DNA of 64,000 nucleotides from contig CM059425.1 in the NCBI GenBank assembly GCA_030390025.1, forward strand, positions 170,378,001 to 170,442,000, given 5' to 3'. Numbering within the stretch: position 1 is the stretch's first letter; every line of letters begins with the position of its first letter. Origin of the DNA: Squalus acanthias (Eukaryota). This document shows positions 13,372 through 27,111 of the stretch, piece by piece. The notes below the pieces were generated by a model. It saw only the letters and a list, made by a program, of their open reading frames with translations, did not search any database and was not told where the DNA came from. Position numbers and translations under genes: made by a program.

Positions 13372-14128
13372 TTTTTAAAACCTGGGGTGCTATTTATGCA
13401 CTGGTTCAAGCTCAGATTTTGCTAGATGACCAGCATGAAAATTAACAGGAAGAACCTTTGCGGCAGTGTGGCCTATATACAAGTATATGTGGCGCTTCTG
13501 TGCTCTTCACACCATGTTCCATCAGCCAATAGTGGGCTACATGAGTGCCAGTGATAATCTTGACTGACCAATAGATAGCATGTGAGATCAAGACAGGGTT
13601 GGTCACCTTCTGAAGAAGGACTTGTGCTTTGACGGATTTCAACGACTTCTGAGTAATCAGCACAGTCGTCATGAATTTTTTTAAGCAGACGAGCTAATAA
13701 AATCTAGACAAGCAGGACATAGTTTTAAATTTAACTCTTGTATCATATTTGACAGTGCCACTAAACGGTTTGAATGGCTAAACTAAATCTAGATTAAATT
13801 GATATACAGTATCTGTGCTTTCTCATAATTGCCCCCATTATTTTTGATAATGCAGTCCTCTACACAACCTGCCTTCATTTTGGTTCATTTTATTCATGGT
13901 TCTGTTTTTAATTTTTTTCTACTTGACCCTTTGGGAGTGAAATTGTATCAATTTGCAGATCCCTAATGAGTTATGGACAGGGAACCATTTACAATGTCTG
14001 CAAGCAAGGGGGGCAAGAAGGAAAGATGGGGGGGGGGGAAACAAGGGTGGGCCTCATGACAAGGAAGCAGCAGAGGCAGCTGAATGATGGTCTCACTCTT
14101 AGTGACAAAGTCGCTAGTGACGATCTTA

Positions 14129-17100
14129 GGGGAAAAATTTGGTACCTTAGCGCTTCCCGTTAGTACCAGCAGATGGTGCTAATGGGGTGCTAGAGCATTA
14201 TTGTCGGGGCGAGGCGAATCCAGTGCCGCACGGCAAATCCCCCCCACAGCGCCGCCGGTAACAGTTATCATCAGGAGCTTCAATGGCAGGTGGATTGTGG
14301 AGTGTGCAATGCTCACTGACCACCCGGTCTGTGAAATTGATTATCGCAACCTATCTTAGCGCCTGGAGTAAACTGCGACAGGGAGAGCTGGTGTGAAGGA
14401 GCAGGAAGCTGGCTCCAGGGACATTATTTAAAGTGATCATTAGTAATGACTGGCAGATGTCAGATTAGTGGAGTTTCAGTGGTTTCTTGTCCGTTTCACA
14501 TAGTCCAACAGTTTCAAGGTTATTTTGTATCATGAGTGTTGTGGCAACTAAAAAGTAGCTACATTTATCCTTTAAAAAATCAAACTGCTACACTTGGTAA
14601 TATTAATGGGGGCTGTAGTGGCATGCCACCTCGCCCTACAGGATTTACGGCAGATGGAGCATAGGCAGCGAGAATGACGGGAACATGTGCACAGAGAGAT
14701 AAGGAGGGGCATCACGGCTCTCACCAGGAGGCCTTACCCTCCGGTGGTATTCTGAATGCACTTCTCCTACCTTCAATGAAGTGAGGAGCAGTATATTGGA
14801 TGGCTCTACTTCGCCAAGGAGGTGGTCACAGAACACTGCCACCTCCTCCAAACAGACCTCCAGCCTCACACCAGGATGACTTAAAGCCCACATCCCCTTT
14901 GCTCACCACATCCCCATCATTCCATCCCTCTCGCAGGCCATTTCACACCGCAAAGCTGAAATGACAGACACCACAAAAGAATGGTAAGTGAATTAATAAA
15001 TTTATCAAAAATCAGTGAACACATATTTACAACAAAAATATTAACTATTCACCCTTGTTCAATCTCTTAGTGCCTCTCGTTACTGTGCTTTTGCCTACTC
15101 TAGTGCTCCTATGAAGTTTTGGTCCAGTGACTGCAGCAGGGCTGGTGGAAGGATGCTGAGTGTCCGTGCGGGAGACTTCAGATGGCCTTGCAGGATGCCC
15201 TCGACCAGCTCTGGGCCTGGAAGGCCTGGCTGTAGACTGCATCACCTCAGCATGGGCGGCAGCAGTCTGGGTTGGCTGAATGACAGGCAGCGACAAGGGT
15301 AATGGTAGAGTGCCAGTGGTGGGAGAGAGGACAGCAGGTTCCTGCTCCACTGACCCACTGCCATTCCCCCAGGGCAGCACCTCAGCATCCCGAGCAATCT
15401 GTTGGAGCACAGATTGCTGGCCTGCTGCGACACCGTGAAAGCCCCGGTCGATGGTGGCAGACCCAGCATGAGAGCAGTCTGAGATTGGATGCCACCAAGC
15501 ATAGACTGCATTACAGCACTACGACATTGCGTCACTTTCGCCTGTGCTGTAATGGAAGCTGCCAGATTGCCTATCACATGCAACATCAGGTTTGGGTCGC
15601 CACGTTCTCTCTGGGAGTCCACCATCCTTTGCAGACTGGAAATGATGGGCTCCATGGTGCGCACAGAGCCTTGTGCTATGTTGGAGGCGAACTCCTCCAT
15701 ACTCCTTATCATTGCCAAGAGGCTCTCAGGTACCCTTGCCATTGCACCTATCATCTCCGTGTGCATGCCCATCACCCTTCTTCTAAACACCTCCCCATCG
15801 AGGTCCTCATCTGAGACCTGTGCAGCAGAACTCGCGCGCGAACTCGCCCTCCGGGGAGCTGGCCCCCGAGCTACCCTTTCCCCCTGGCCTTGCTGCAGCT
15901 CGCTCGTTCCCGGTGCATCACCCTGTGCAGATCCTGCTACTATACTAGCCTCTAAAGAATGCGTAGTGCCAGTATCTGAGCTGGTGCCTGCGGGTGAGAC
16001 ATGCAGTGACGCGGCGTGTTCTTCTTCCTCCTCTTCTTCCGCCTCGCTCTCTACGGTGCCCTCAGGGACAGGCTGCTCAGCTGCTTGCTCATTATCTGAA
16101 AGCACAAAGGCACAAGAGTCGGGTTAAGGTGAGGGGAGGGGGGCAGGAAGGGAGAAATGCATGCATACAGCATGATTAGCTGGAAAGTGCGAAAGGCTTG
16201 TGGGGTGAGGGGGAAGTGGGATGTGAGGAGGAGTAGGGATGAACATACCGTTATTGTCCCCAAGGGGTTCAACGTTGCCAGTGGCCACAGCGCCCACCAC
16301 CTGGCGCCCAATAATCTGCAGCACTCTATTCTCCAGCGCAGACAGTGGTTGGGTGTTGGCTTGTCCCCAGCCTGTGCGCTCCTGCTCTCTCCTGTTGTGG
16401 GCCACTTTGACCTGCAACAGAAAGGAAAGTGTGTGAGTGAGTGTGGAACAATGTGTTTGGGTGATGTGCCTGCCATAGTTGAATAGTTGTCATTGTGTGC
16501 AAGGTGTGAGAAGTGGCTGTGAGTGTTGGTAGGTAGAGATTGTTGGTGGGTGAGTGCTGGAGGTTAGGTGCTTTGGGCAGTGTGTGCAGACTGTGGTTCA
16601 GATGGTGATATGTATCATTTGTTGAAGCATTGACTCACCCTGACCACCCGAGTGAGGTCGTTAAATTTTTTCCTGCACTGTGTGTCCTGGGGTCCACAGT
16701 GCTGCCCGAGACGTGCTGCGTTACCTCCCTCCACATAGTGTGGATGACTTGCGGCGAGGGCCTCCTGACACTTGCTGGGTAGAGAACCGCCCTCCATCTC
16801 TCCACAGGGAACACCAACGCCTCCAATGCTTGATCGTAGAACCTGCGGGCTCTCTCCCTGGGGCGTGCATCTGCCATGAGTACAGCTGCTTCAGTTCCCT
16901 GGCTCCTTCTCCTTGTCCTGCTGCTGCTTACTGAGGCAGCTGCACATCCAGCAATGCTGAGAATGAGGTCCTGCAGCATCAGTGAACCTCCCCTTTACGT
17001 ATTGAAAAAAGTCTGTGACAATCATGACTTGTGATTAGACTGCACTTGCTATTGGTCCACCCTTTGAGTGTAACACCAAAGAGCTTGGGCTTTAAGGCTT

Positions 17101-17236
17101 GAATTAGGACTCCAATCATTTGTTTGAGCAGTGAGCACGAATATTGCGTGCAGTCTACAGCATTACCGCCTGGCGCTAATTCTCCAACTTTTCTAATGAT
17201 ACTGTCCATCCCTGGGCTATAATGAATTTCTAGCCC
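14129..17236. mobile_element. Non-autonomous PIF/Harbinger transposon: transposase reduced to an N-terminal stub (+), Myb/SANT gene retained (-)
   Basis: Imperfect TIRs GGGGAAAAATT / AATTTCTAGCCC; TSD TTA (14126-14128/17237-17239); both ends match 52332-53836. Confidence 0.85.
15045..16877 (-). pseudogene. Harbinger Myb/SANT-like DNA-binding protein gene, 3 exons (16877-16639, 16411-16249, 16095-~15045), frameshifted
   Basis: MADARPRERARRF...ALEALV...W...QCRKKFNDL Myb/SANT motif; canonical GTGAGT/GTATGT donors and CAG acceptors; exon 2-3 junction is in frame. Confidence 0.75.
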
Positions 17237-17579
17237 TTAGTGTCCATGTGCTTCTCGCTCTTGGTGATGGTGGAGCTGGCTGGAGAGAGGGGTTAAGGAG
17301 ATGGTTGATAATGAAGAAAAGAAGCTGTAGGTTATCTTTGCTCTCTAATATGATCCTAGGTTAGTGGGTGGTTTTTGCAAAGGAGAGTGAAGCCCAATAG
17401 AGCTTGATATGGTCCAGCCAGATTTGGTGATGGACGGTAAAACCAGATGAGTACAAGATATGCTCAAGTCTGTACCCCTTGAACTTGAGGAAGCAAAGAT
17501 GGAGGCCATACCAGGGAGGGAATGACCAGGATCGGAGAGAGGGAGTAAATTTTCGCTGGGGACAAGAGCATCAAAGGTG

Positions 17580-20500
17580 AACATAAGAACATAAGAAATA
17601 GGAGCAGGAGTAGGCCATTTGGCCCCTCGAGCCTGCTCCGCCATTCAATAAGACCATGGCTGATCTTCTACTTCAACTCCACTTTCCTGCACTATCCCCA
17701 TATCACTTGATTCCTTTAATACCCAAAATTCTATCGAGATCAGTTTTGAATATACTCAATGACTGAGCCTCCACAGCCCTCTGGGGTAGAGAATTCCTAA
17801 GATTCACCACCCTCTGAGTGAAGATATTTCTCCTCATCTCAGTCCTAAATGGCCGACCCATTATTCTGAGACTGTGACCCCTGGTTCTAGACTCCCCAGC
17901 CAGGGGAAACATCCTCCCTGCATCTACCCTGTCAAGCCCTGTAAGAATTTTGTATGTTTCAATGAGATCACCTCTCATTCTTCTAAATTCTAGAGAATAT
18001 AGGCCTAGTCTACTCAATCTTTCCTCAAAGGACAATCCCCCCATCCCAGGAACCAGTCTGGTGAACCTTCGTTGCACTCCCTCTATGGTAAGTATATCCC
18101 TCCTTAGGTAAGGAGACCAAAACTGCACACAATACTCCAGGGGTGGTCTCACCAGGGCCCTATATAATTGCTGTAAGATGTCTTTACTCTTATACTCAAA
18201 TCCTCTTGTAATAAACGGCAACATACCATTTGCTTTCCTAATTGCTTGCTGTACCTGCATGTTAACTTTCAATGATTTGTATACAAGGACACCCAGGTCC
18301 CTCTGAACACCAACATTTCCCAATCTCTCACCATTTAAAAAATACTCTGCTTTTCTATTTTTCCTACCAAACTGGGTAACTTCACATTTCTCCACATTAT
18401 ATTCCATTTGCCATGTTTTTGCCCACTCATTTAGCCTGTCTATATCCCCTTGAAGCCTCTTTGCATCCTCCTCACAACTTACATTCCCACCTAGCTTTGT
18501 ATCATCAGCAAACTTGGATATATTACATTTGGTCCCCTCATCCAACTCATTGATATAGATTGTCAATAGCTAAGGCCCAAGCACTGATCCTTGCAGTACC
18601 CCACTAGTTACAGCCTGCCAATCTGAAAATGACCCATTTATTCCTACTTTCTGTTTTCTGTCCGTTAAACAATCCTTAACCCATGCTAGTATATTACCCC
18701 CCAATCCCATGAGCCCTAATTTTGTTTAATAACCTCTTGTGTGGCACCTTATCGAATGCCTTCTGAAAATCCAAATACTCCACATCCATTGGTTCCCCTT
18801 ATCTATTCTGTTAGTTACAACCTCAGAAAACTTTAACAGATTTGTCAAACACAATTTCCCTTTCATAAATCCGTGTTGACTCTGCCCAATCCTATTATTA
18901 TTTTCTAAGTGCCCTGTTACCACGTCTTTAATAATAGATTCTAGCATTTTCCCTACTACTGATGTCCGGCTAACTGGTTTGTAGTTCCCCGTTTTCTCTC
19001 TCCCTCCTTTCTTAAATAGTGGGGTTACATTTGCTACCTTCCAATACGCAGGAACCATTTTAGAATCTTGGAATTTTGGAAAATGACAACCAATGCATCC
19101 ACTATCTCTATAGCCAGCTCTTTCAAAACCCTAGGATGTAGGCCATCAAGTCCAGGGGATTTATCGGCTTTCAGTCCCATTAATTTCTCCAGTACTATTT
19201 TTTTTACAAATACTAATTTCTTTCAGTTCCTCATTCTCGCTAGACCTTTGGTTCTCCACTGTTTCCAGGAAGTTTTTTGCGTCTTCTTCTGTGAAGACAG
19301 GCACTACGGGCGTGATTTTGCCAGCCCTGGGGAGGCGGGTATGGAGGCGGGACTGCCGGGAAAATAACAGAATTTGGGGGCGGGTGCCCAACCCGCCCCC
19401 AACCCGCCTCCATGCCATCTTCCCAGGAGGCAGGTAGCCATCCCACACCGGGTCCCATCTCCTTGGAGGCAGGAAGGGATTAAAGCCTATTAACTGCCTG
19501 TTAACAGGTAGTTAACAGGCAGAAAATAGGATTATCCCCTTTTTGCCCTCACAAGTGCGGGCTTCCCGAAGGCTCCAAAACACGCCAGCTCAGCGAGGCG
19601 AGTAGTGGGTCTGCGGGGGTCGGGGGGGTTGCAAAAGTGTGCTGTGGAGGTGAGTGATGGGTGCAAGAGTGGAGAGGTGAGTATCTGAGGTAAGTGGAAA
19701 GTGTTAGTAAAAGTGTACTTACCTTTGTTTCTTCCTGCAGGCTTCAGTCGGTGTGTATGCGGAGAGTCTCCCCCCTCTGCGCTGGAGATGACAGATGGCC
19801 GTTGCATTCTACAATGCAACAACCATCTCCTTTCTGCAAAAGAAAGATGTTTGATGAGGTCTTAAATTCAAGACCTCATCAAACTACAGAGAATGTCACT
19901 GTTTGACAGCTTCACAGAGCTGTCAAACGATAACAATTCATCTGTCAAATATTTTTGACAGATTATACATCATACGTTGACATTCTCTGCAACCGGCTTT
20001 CCCTTAATTGGCCTGCTAAGCCCGCTGGGCGGGCTTAACAAGGTCAATCAAGGGAAAATAGCATGGGTTGGCCAGAAGTTGTTGGAGGCGGGACTGAAAC
20101 CCGACAAGTGGGAGTCCCGCCTCCAAAAGCTCCCCATTGGCAAAATCACCTCCAAAGTATTTGTTTAATTTCTCTGATATTTCCTTATTCCCCATTATAA
20201 TTTCTCCTGTCTCAGCCTGTAAGGGACCCACATTTACTTTTGCTAATCTTTGCTTTTTTACATACATTTAGAAGCTTTTACAATCTGTTTTTATGTCTCT
20301 CGCTGGTTTACTCTCATTCTATTTTCCCTCTCTTTATCAGTTTCTTGGTCCTCCTTTGCTGAATTCTAAAATCCTCCCAATCCTTAGGTTTACTACTCTT
20401 TTTGGCAACATTATAAGCCACTTCCTTTTATCTAATACTATCTTTAACTTCGCTTGTTAGCCACGGTTGGATCACTTTTCCTGTGGGGTTTTTGTGCCTT

Positions 20501-21100
20501 AAAGGAATGTATATTTGTTGTAAATTATGTATAAATTCTTTAAATGCTAGCCATTGCTTGTCTACCATCATACCTTTTAATGCAGTTTCCCAATCTACCT
20601 TAGCCAACTCGCCCCTCATACCTGCATAGTTTGCTTTGTTTAGATTTAAGACCCTAGTTTCGGTTTTAACTGAATCAGTTTCAAACTCAATATAAAATTT
20701 TATCATATTATTGTCACTCTTCCCTAAAGGCTCCTTTACTACAATTAACCCTTTCTCGTTGCACAATACTCGATCTAAAATAGCCTGTTCCCTAGTTGGT
20801 TCCTCAACATACTGATCTAGATAACTAGCTTGCATACATTCTATAAAATCGTCCTCCACACTATTACTGCAAATTTGGTTTGTCCAGTCTATATGTAGAT
20901 TAAAGTCCTCCATGATTACTGTATTACCCTTGTTACATGCGCTTCTAATTTCCTGATTTATATTCTGCCCTACATTACAACTACTGTTTGGGGGCCTATA
21001 AACAATTCTCACCAATATTTTCTGCCCCTTGCTGTTTCTTAGCTCCACCCAAACTGATTCTACTTCATGATTTTCGGAGCTAAGATCCTTTCTCTCTCCT
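17580..21100 (-). mobile_element. 5'-truncated CR1 LINE (EN+RT), degenerate, with MITE inserted at 19308-20153
   Basis: ORF pieces 20428..21126 (VYRPPNS, LDQYVEEPTR), 18726..19058, 17703..18566 (FADDTKL); (TTCTTATG)n tail at 17580-17596. Confidence 0.92.
19308..20153. mobile_element. Harbinger-type MITE (family A)
   Basis: TIRs GGGCGTGATTTTGCCA / TGGCAAAATCACCTCC; interrupts contiguous CR1 ORF2 sequence; shares aactgcctgttaacaggtagttaacaggcag with other family A copies. Confidence 0.8.
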
Positions 21101-21244
21101 GTGGAGATGCGGGAATACTTGAGCAACCCAACAGTCGCAGAAGGCCAAACGATAGGAATTTGGAAATTTGAAAATGCAGTCTCAAATTACTTCGAGTCAG
21201 AAAGGAAGGTTTCAATTCGGTTCTATACAATGAATCTCTCTCTG

Positions 21245-21451
21245 TGGGTTTAGTGGGCAAAAGCACTGATTGCAGGTCTGTCCTGATTCGCTGATGGTTT
21301 ACTGTGTAAAGGCACTGATCTGTGGTGATTCCTCAATGGTTTACTAGGTAAAGACGCCAATTCCTAGTCTGTCCTGATTCCCTGATGGTTCAATGGGTAG
21401 AAATATCGATTCCTGGTCTGTGCTAATTCCCTCATGGCTTATTGGGTAAAA
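21245..21451. repeat. Degenerate ~42-50-bp minisatellite (about 4 units)
   Basis: Recurrent unit ~tttactgggtaaaggcactgattcctggtctgtcctgattccctgatgg. Confidence 0.65.
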
Positions 21452-21997
21452 GGCCAGAATTTTTCCAATCCCCAGCGTGCGGGTTTCGGGATTGGTCAAC
21501 TGTAAAAATCCCTGAAATTGCCAGCACGTCAGGAACCCGTCGTCATCCCACCCACTTCCATATTTAACTCGGGCACGTTTCCCAGCACGTCACGGACCTG
21601 CCTGGCAGAGGCGGGCGACCTCATTGAAGTACTTAAATACTTGTTGAGAGACCTTTAAGAGGCTTTTTAACAGCAGGTTCTGGCTTTAACTGCTGGTGCA
21701 CAGGATTTACGCACCTCGGGAAGCTTGTCTGTGAAGGGGAGGGGGAAGCTCAGTGGCCATTGTGCGAGGCCATTAATTGAGAGCTGGGAAAAACACATCA
21801 ATGGTCCCAAATTACACCTGATTACTTGGCTAATGGAAAGGCTCCTGCTGACTCCATTTTGTGCAGAGATTTAGCTGTCAGGAGTTTGCAGTTCATTTCT
21901 GCAACCTCGGAAGCCACTCTCACATTGCTAGTCACTATCAGAACATTGAGGGATTGGGCCTCTGATCTCCACTTTACCTGCCATCTATTACATCAGC

Positions 21998-22783
21998 ATG
22001 GGAGCCGCTTATGCTGTCTCACCTTGGATCTCAAAATTGGATCAAGATGAGCTCCAGCACCAACAACACCAGGCACACCAGCAGCAGCATCCACAACACC
22101 AGCAGCAGCAGCAACCACACCAGCAGCCTTCTCCTCATGGACCTGATGCTCCGCAGGAGAGAGGGGGGCATCAAAGAGTGGCACCGCGCCGGAGGCGATA
22201 CCCACAACACAGGGTATACAGGCAGAGGACATGACTGAGCAGCAGTGCTTCAGGAGGCTCAGGCTATCGCCTCAGGTCGTTGCAGACATGTGTAGCTTGC
22301 TGGAAGAAGACCTGCTGCCCAGAGGACCTGGTGGACACGCCTTACCAATGCCTGTCAAATTCACCACTGCCCTCAAACTTCTTCGCCCCAGGCTCCTTCC
22401 AAGGATCTGCAGCAGACATTTGCAGGATTCGCAGTTGGCCGCCCACAGATGCATCACCCAGGTGACCGATGCCATGTTTCAGAAGTCAGACAATTATGTC
22501 AACTTTGCCACTGAGGAAGCCAGTGTTACTGAGCGGGTGCTCGGCTTTGCGGTTCTGGCTGGCTTCCCACAGGTGCAGGATGTCATCGACTGCACACATG
22601 TGGCCATCAGGGCACCCCCACATCACCCAGGAGTGTTTGTGAACCGCAAGGGCTTCAACTCCCTCAATGTGCAGCTCGTCTGCAACCATAAAAAGATGAT
22701 TATGCAGGTGTGTTCCAGATTCCCTGGCAGCTGTCATGACTCTTTCGTGCTGCACCAGTCCACCCTCCCTCAGCTCTTCGCAC
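21998..22783 (+). pseudogene. Harbinger (HARBI1-like) DDE transposase, 5' half, with Q/H-rich N-terminus; frameshifted and cut by the provirus
   Basis: GFPQVQDVIDCTHVAI, FVNRKGFNSLNVQLVC, FPGSCHDSFVL motifs. Confidence 0.9.
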
Positions 22784-23368
22784 TGTAGAATTCGCAAATT
22801 ATCGCGATTTCGAAATAACGAGATAGAGACATACAGTTTCGTAAAAACAGCTTTATTTCAGCAAAATGCTGTCAGGTTCAAAAATGGACACAAGAAGCCT
22901 GTAAAATGGCCACCGCGCCTCGTGGCAGAAGGTTCCAGATTTTCTCAGTAGGCAGACAAGATGGCGTTTCAATAAACATTTCAGCAAGATCGGACAGTAC
23001 TCAGCATAATGAAATAAGACAAGACGCGATCGTTTTGCATTTTGTACGCCTAAGAGAATATAAGTGCTGGAATCAGTTTTCCATGCACAAACGAGGGCTA
23101 TTGTACTGGGCAATCAAGGGCCCATCCAAAGACATTGATACGCAAATTCAGCGCGGCTCTACGATGAGAGAGCCGTTCGCGAGAACTCACAGCAAGAATT
23201 CGGAGGCCCCCAAAAACCCCTCCAGGGAGACTCCTAGCCGGTTCCACAATGGGAGAAATATTAACGGGTACTTAGACAGTTACAAGTATCACCGAAACCC
23301 ATTAACGACAAGAACCACCCCATACAAGAAGTTTGAGCGCCAAAACATGACAAAAGATGGACATTAAG

Positions 23369-23430
23369 ATTGGGCGGGAGATAATGAATTACAGTACTAT
23401 AACTGTAGTGAACAAACGTCCATCTTTCTC
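23369..23430 (+). promoter_or_regulatory. Putative LTR core promoter (reverse CCAAT ATTGG, GC box GGGCGG, TATAA at 23398, pyrimidine-rich initiator ~23421); copy at 39000-39060
   Basis: Motif order and spacing only. Confidence 0.45.
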
Positions 23431-24127
23431 TTGACTCTCTTATCCTCTGGACTCCTGGCTCTTGACTCTTATTCCTCTTATTCCCTGACGACTTTTGACT
23501 TGTGCTCTTGCTGCCCACCGAGCTCTTGGTCCGCTGATCTTCCGGGAGTCAACCTCGTGGCTTGCCGCGAAGATCTGTGAAGAGCTGGGCTGCGAAGGCC
23601 GGTAAGCGGGTGCACCATCCTGAGGATCGGTAAACGGTGTAGGGACCCGAAGGCCCGACGAAACGAAACAAGACAAGAAGAAGAAGAAGACGACTACACG
23701 TGCCGCCGCGGTCAGTAAACCCCGACCGCGCCCGAACTATAAAGACCATTTACAGGTTACCACACGAATTCTACTGCCAACCGGTGTCGGGCACAGGAAG
23801 ACTCTTCTTTGAGTTTTATCAGAAATCCGAGGTCAACACAGATCTTCATGACAGCAGACGGTCCAGCCTGCTAGCCGGAGCAGAGCGAGTAAACAAGTGG
23901 GGTACAGAGACCCCTGATCAACACATGAATAGTCAGGTGCTGTGGCGAAAACATCCGAGCATCGTTTTAGAATTCTCCGAGTTATCACGAGTGGTGAGCA
24001 TGGTTCTCGATCCTACAGATCTAGATTAACATAGAAACATAGACATAGAAAATAGGTACAGGAGTAGACCATTCGGTCCTTCGAGCCTGCACCGCCATTC
24101 AATGCGTTCATGGCTGAACATGCTACC

Positions 24128-27064
24128 TCAGTACCCCATTCCTGCTTTCTCGCCATACCCCTTGATCCCCTTAGTTGTGAGTGTTATATCTAACTCCCTT
24201 TTGAATATATTTAGCGAACTGGCCTCAACAACCTTCTGTGGAAGAGAATTCCATAGATTCACCACTCTCTGGGTGAAGAAGTTCCTCCTCAGCTCAGTCC
24301 TAAATGGCTTCCCCTTAATCCTTAGACTGTGACCCCTGGTTCTAGTTTTCCCTACCATTGGGAACATTCTGCCCGCATCTAATTTGTCTAAACCAGTCAG
24401 GAGTTTAAATGTCTCTATAAGATCCCCCCTCATTCTTCTGAACTCCAGAGGATACAAGTTCAGTTGACCCAATCTTTCTTGATATGTCAGTCCGGCCATC
24501 CCAGGAATCAATCTAGTGAACCTTCGCTGCACTCCCTCAATAGCAAGAATGTCCTTCCTTAAGTTAGGAGACCAAAACTGCGCACAATACTCCAGGTGTG
24601 GCCTCACCAAGGCCCTGTACAACTGTAGCATCACCTCCCTACTCCTGTACTCAAATCCCCTTGCTATGAAGGCCATCATTCCGTTTGCTTTCTTGACTGC
24701 CTGCTGCACTTGCATTCCCACCTTCAGTGACTGATGTACCATGACGCCCAGGTCTCGTTGCACGTCCCCTTTCCCTAATCTGCCACCATTCAGGTAATAG
24801 TCCGCCTCTCTATTTTTACCACCAAAGTGGATAACCTCACATTTATCCACATTGTACTTCATCTGCCATACATTTGCCCATTCACCCAACCTGTCCAAGT
24901 CACTCTGTAGCCTCCTAGCATCCTCCTCATTGTTCACACTGCCTCCCAATTTAGTGTCATCCGCAAATTTGGAGATATTACATTTAATCCCTTCGTCCAA
25001 ATCATTAATATATAATGTAAACAGCTGGGGTCCCAGCACCGAACCCTGCGGTACCCCGCTGGTCACTGCCTGCCATTCTGAAAAGTACCCATTTACTCCT
25101 ACTCTTTGTTTCCTGTGTGCCAACCAGTTCTCAATCCACGTCAACACATTACCCCCAATCCCATGTGCTTTAACTTTGCTCACCAATCTCTTGTGTGGGA
25201 CCTTGTCGAAGGCCTTCTGAAAGTCCAAATACACCACATCTACTGGTTCCCCCCTGTCCACCCTATTGGAAACATCCTCAAAAAATTCCAGAAGATTTGT
25301 CAAGCATGATTTCCCTTTCACAAATCCATGCTGACTTGGACCTATCATGTCGCCACTTTCCAAATGGTCTGTTATGACATCTTTAATAATTGCTTCCATC
25401 ATTTTACCCACGACCGATGTCAGGCTGACCGGTCTATAATTCCCTGCTTTCTCCCTCCCTCCTTTTTTAAAAAGAGGGGTTACATTGGCCACCCTCCACT
25501 CCATCGGAACTGATCCAGAGTCTAAGGAATGTTGGAAAATGATCGTCAATGCATCCACTATTTCCAAGGCCACCTCCTTAAGTACTCTGGGATGCAGACC
25601 ATCAGGCCCCGGGGATTTTTCAGCCTTCAGTCCCATCAATTTCCCCAATACCTTTTCCCGACTAATAAGGATTTCCCTCAGCTCCTCCCTCTTACCAGAT
25701 CCTCTGACCCCTTTTATTTCCGGCAGGTTGTGTGTGTCCTCCACAGTAAACACCGAACCAAAGTACTTGTTCAATTGATCTGCCATTTCCTTGTTCCCCA
25801 TTATGACTTCCCCTGTTTCCGACTGCAGGGGACCTACGTTTGTTTTTACTAACCTCTTTCTTTTTACATATTTATAGAAGTTTTTGCAGTCCATTTTAAT
25901 GTTCTCTGCAAGCTTCCTTTCATATTTTATTTTCCCTGCCCTAATCAAACCCTTCGTCCTCCTCTGCTGAGTTTTGAAGTTCTCCTAGTCCCCGGGTTTG
26001 CTGCTACTTCTGGCCAATTTGTATGCAACTTCCTTGGTTTTAATACTATCCCTGATTTCCCTTGTTAGCCATGGTTGAGCCACCTTCCCTTTTTTATTTT
26101 TACGCCAGACCGGGATGTACAATTGTTGTAGTTCATCCATGCGATCTCTAAATGTCTGCCATTGCCCTTCCACTGATAGCCCCTTAAATATCGCTTGCCA
26201 ATTTAACCTCGCCAATTCACGCCTCATACCCTCAAAGTTGCCCTTATTTAAGTTCTGGACCATGGTCTCTGACTTAACTGTTTCCTTCTCCATCCTAATG
26301 TAGAACTCCACCATACTATGGTCACTCTTCCCCAGGGGGCCTCGTACCACAAGATTGCTGATTAGTCCCTCCTCATTACACAACACCCAGTCCAGGATGG
26401 CCTCCCCTCGAGTTGGTTCCTCAACATATTGGTTTAGGAAACCATCCCTTAAACACTCCAGGAAATCCTCCTCCACCGTATTGCTTCCAGTTTGAGTAGC
26501 CCAATCTATATGCATATTAAAGTCACCCATGATAACTGCCATGCCTTTTTTGCACGCACCTCTGATTTCCTGTTTCATACCCTCCCCCACCTCACTACTG
26601 CTGTTTGGAGGTCTGTACACAACTCCCACTAACGTTTTCTGCCCTTTGGTGTTCTGCAGCTCAACCCATATTGATTCCACATCCTCCAAGCTGATGTCCT
26701 TCCTAGCTATTGCATTAATCTCCTCTTTAACCAGCAATGCTACCCCACCCCCTTTTCCTTTTATTCTATCCTTTCTGAATGTTGAATACCCCTGGATGTT
26801 CAGTTCCCAGCCTTGATTGTTCTGGAGCCACGTCTCTGTAATCCCAATCACATCGTATCCGTTAACATCTATTTGCACAGTCAATTCATCCACCTTATTA
26901 CGGATACTCCTTGCATTAAGACACAGAGCCTTTAGGCTTGTTTTATTAACATCCTTTGTCCTTTTAGACTTATGATTTAGTATGGCCCTTTGTGTTTCTT
27001 GCCTTTGTTTACTCGGCCTTCCCCTATTGTTTCTCACCCTTCTAACATTTGTTTCTGACTGCAT
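24128..27064 (-). pseudogene. CR1 ORF2p (APE endonuclease + reverse transcriptase) with a single in-frame TAG at 25985-25987
   Basis: ORFs 25985..27064 (CLNARS, ITETW, MGDFN, SDH) and 24128..25948 ([20 protein letters not shown]) are in the same frame; the stop falls where a Trp is expected. Confidence 0.93.
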
Positions 27065-27111
27065 ATTACTTCCCCCTGTTTCGCTACATAGGTTCCCATT
27101 CCCCTGCCATA

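Noticed and set aside
21245..21451. CRISPR-like array
   Set aside because: Contiguous degenerate tandem units without unique spacers, in eukaryotic DNA with no cas genes.
21998..22788. Domesticated host HARBI1 gene
   Set aside because: Frameshifted, interrupted by the provirus, and paired with a convergent Myb gene and TIRs, so it is a transposon copy.
23700..24029. 109-aa LTR ORF and antisense LTR ORFs duplicated in both LTRs
   Set aside because: GTG or other non-ATG starts for several, no motifs, and duplication follows trivially from LTR identity.
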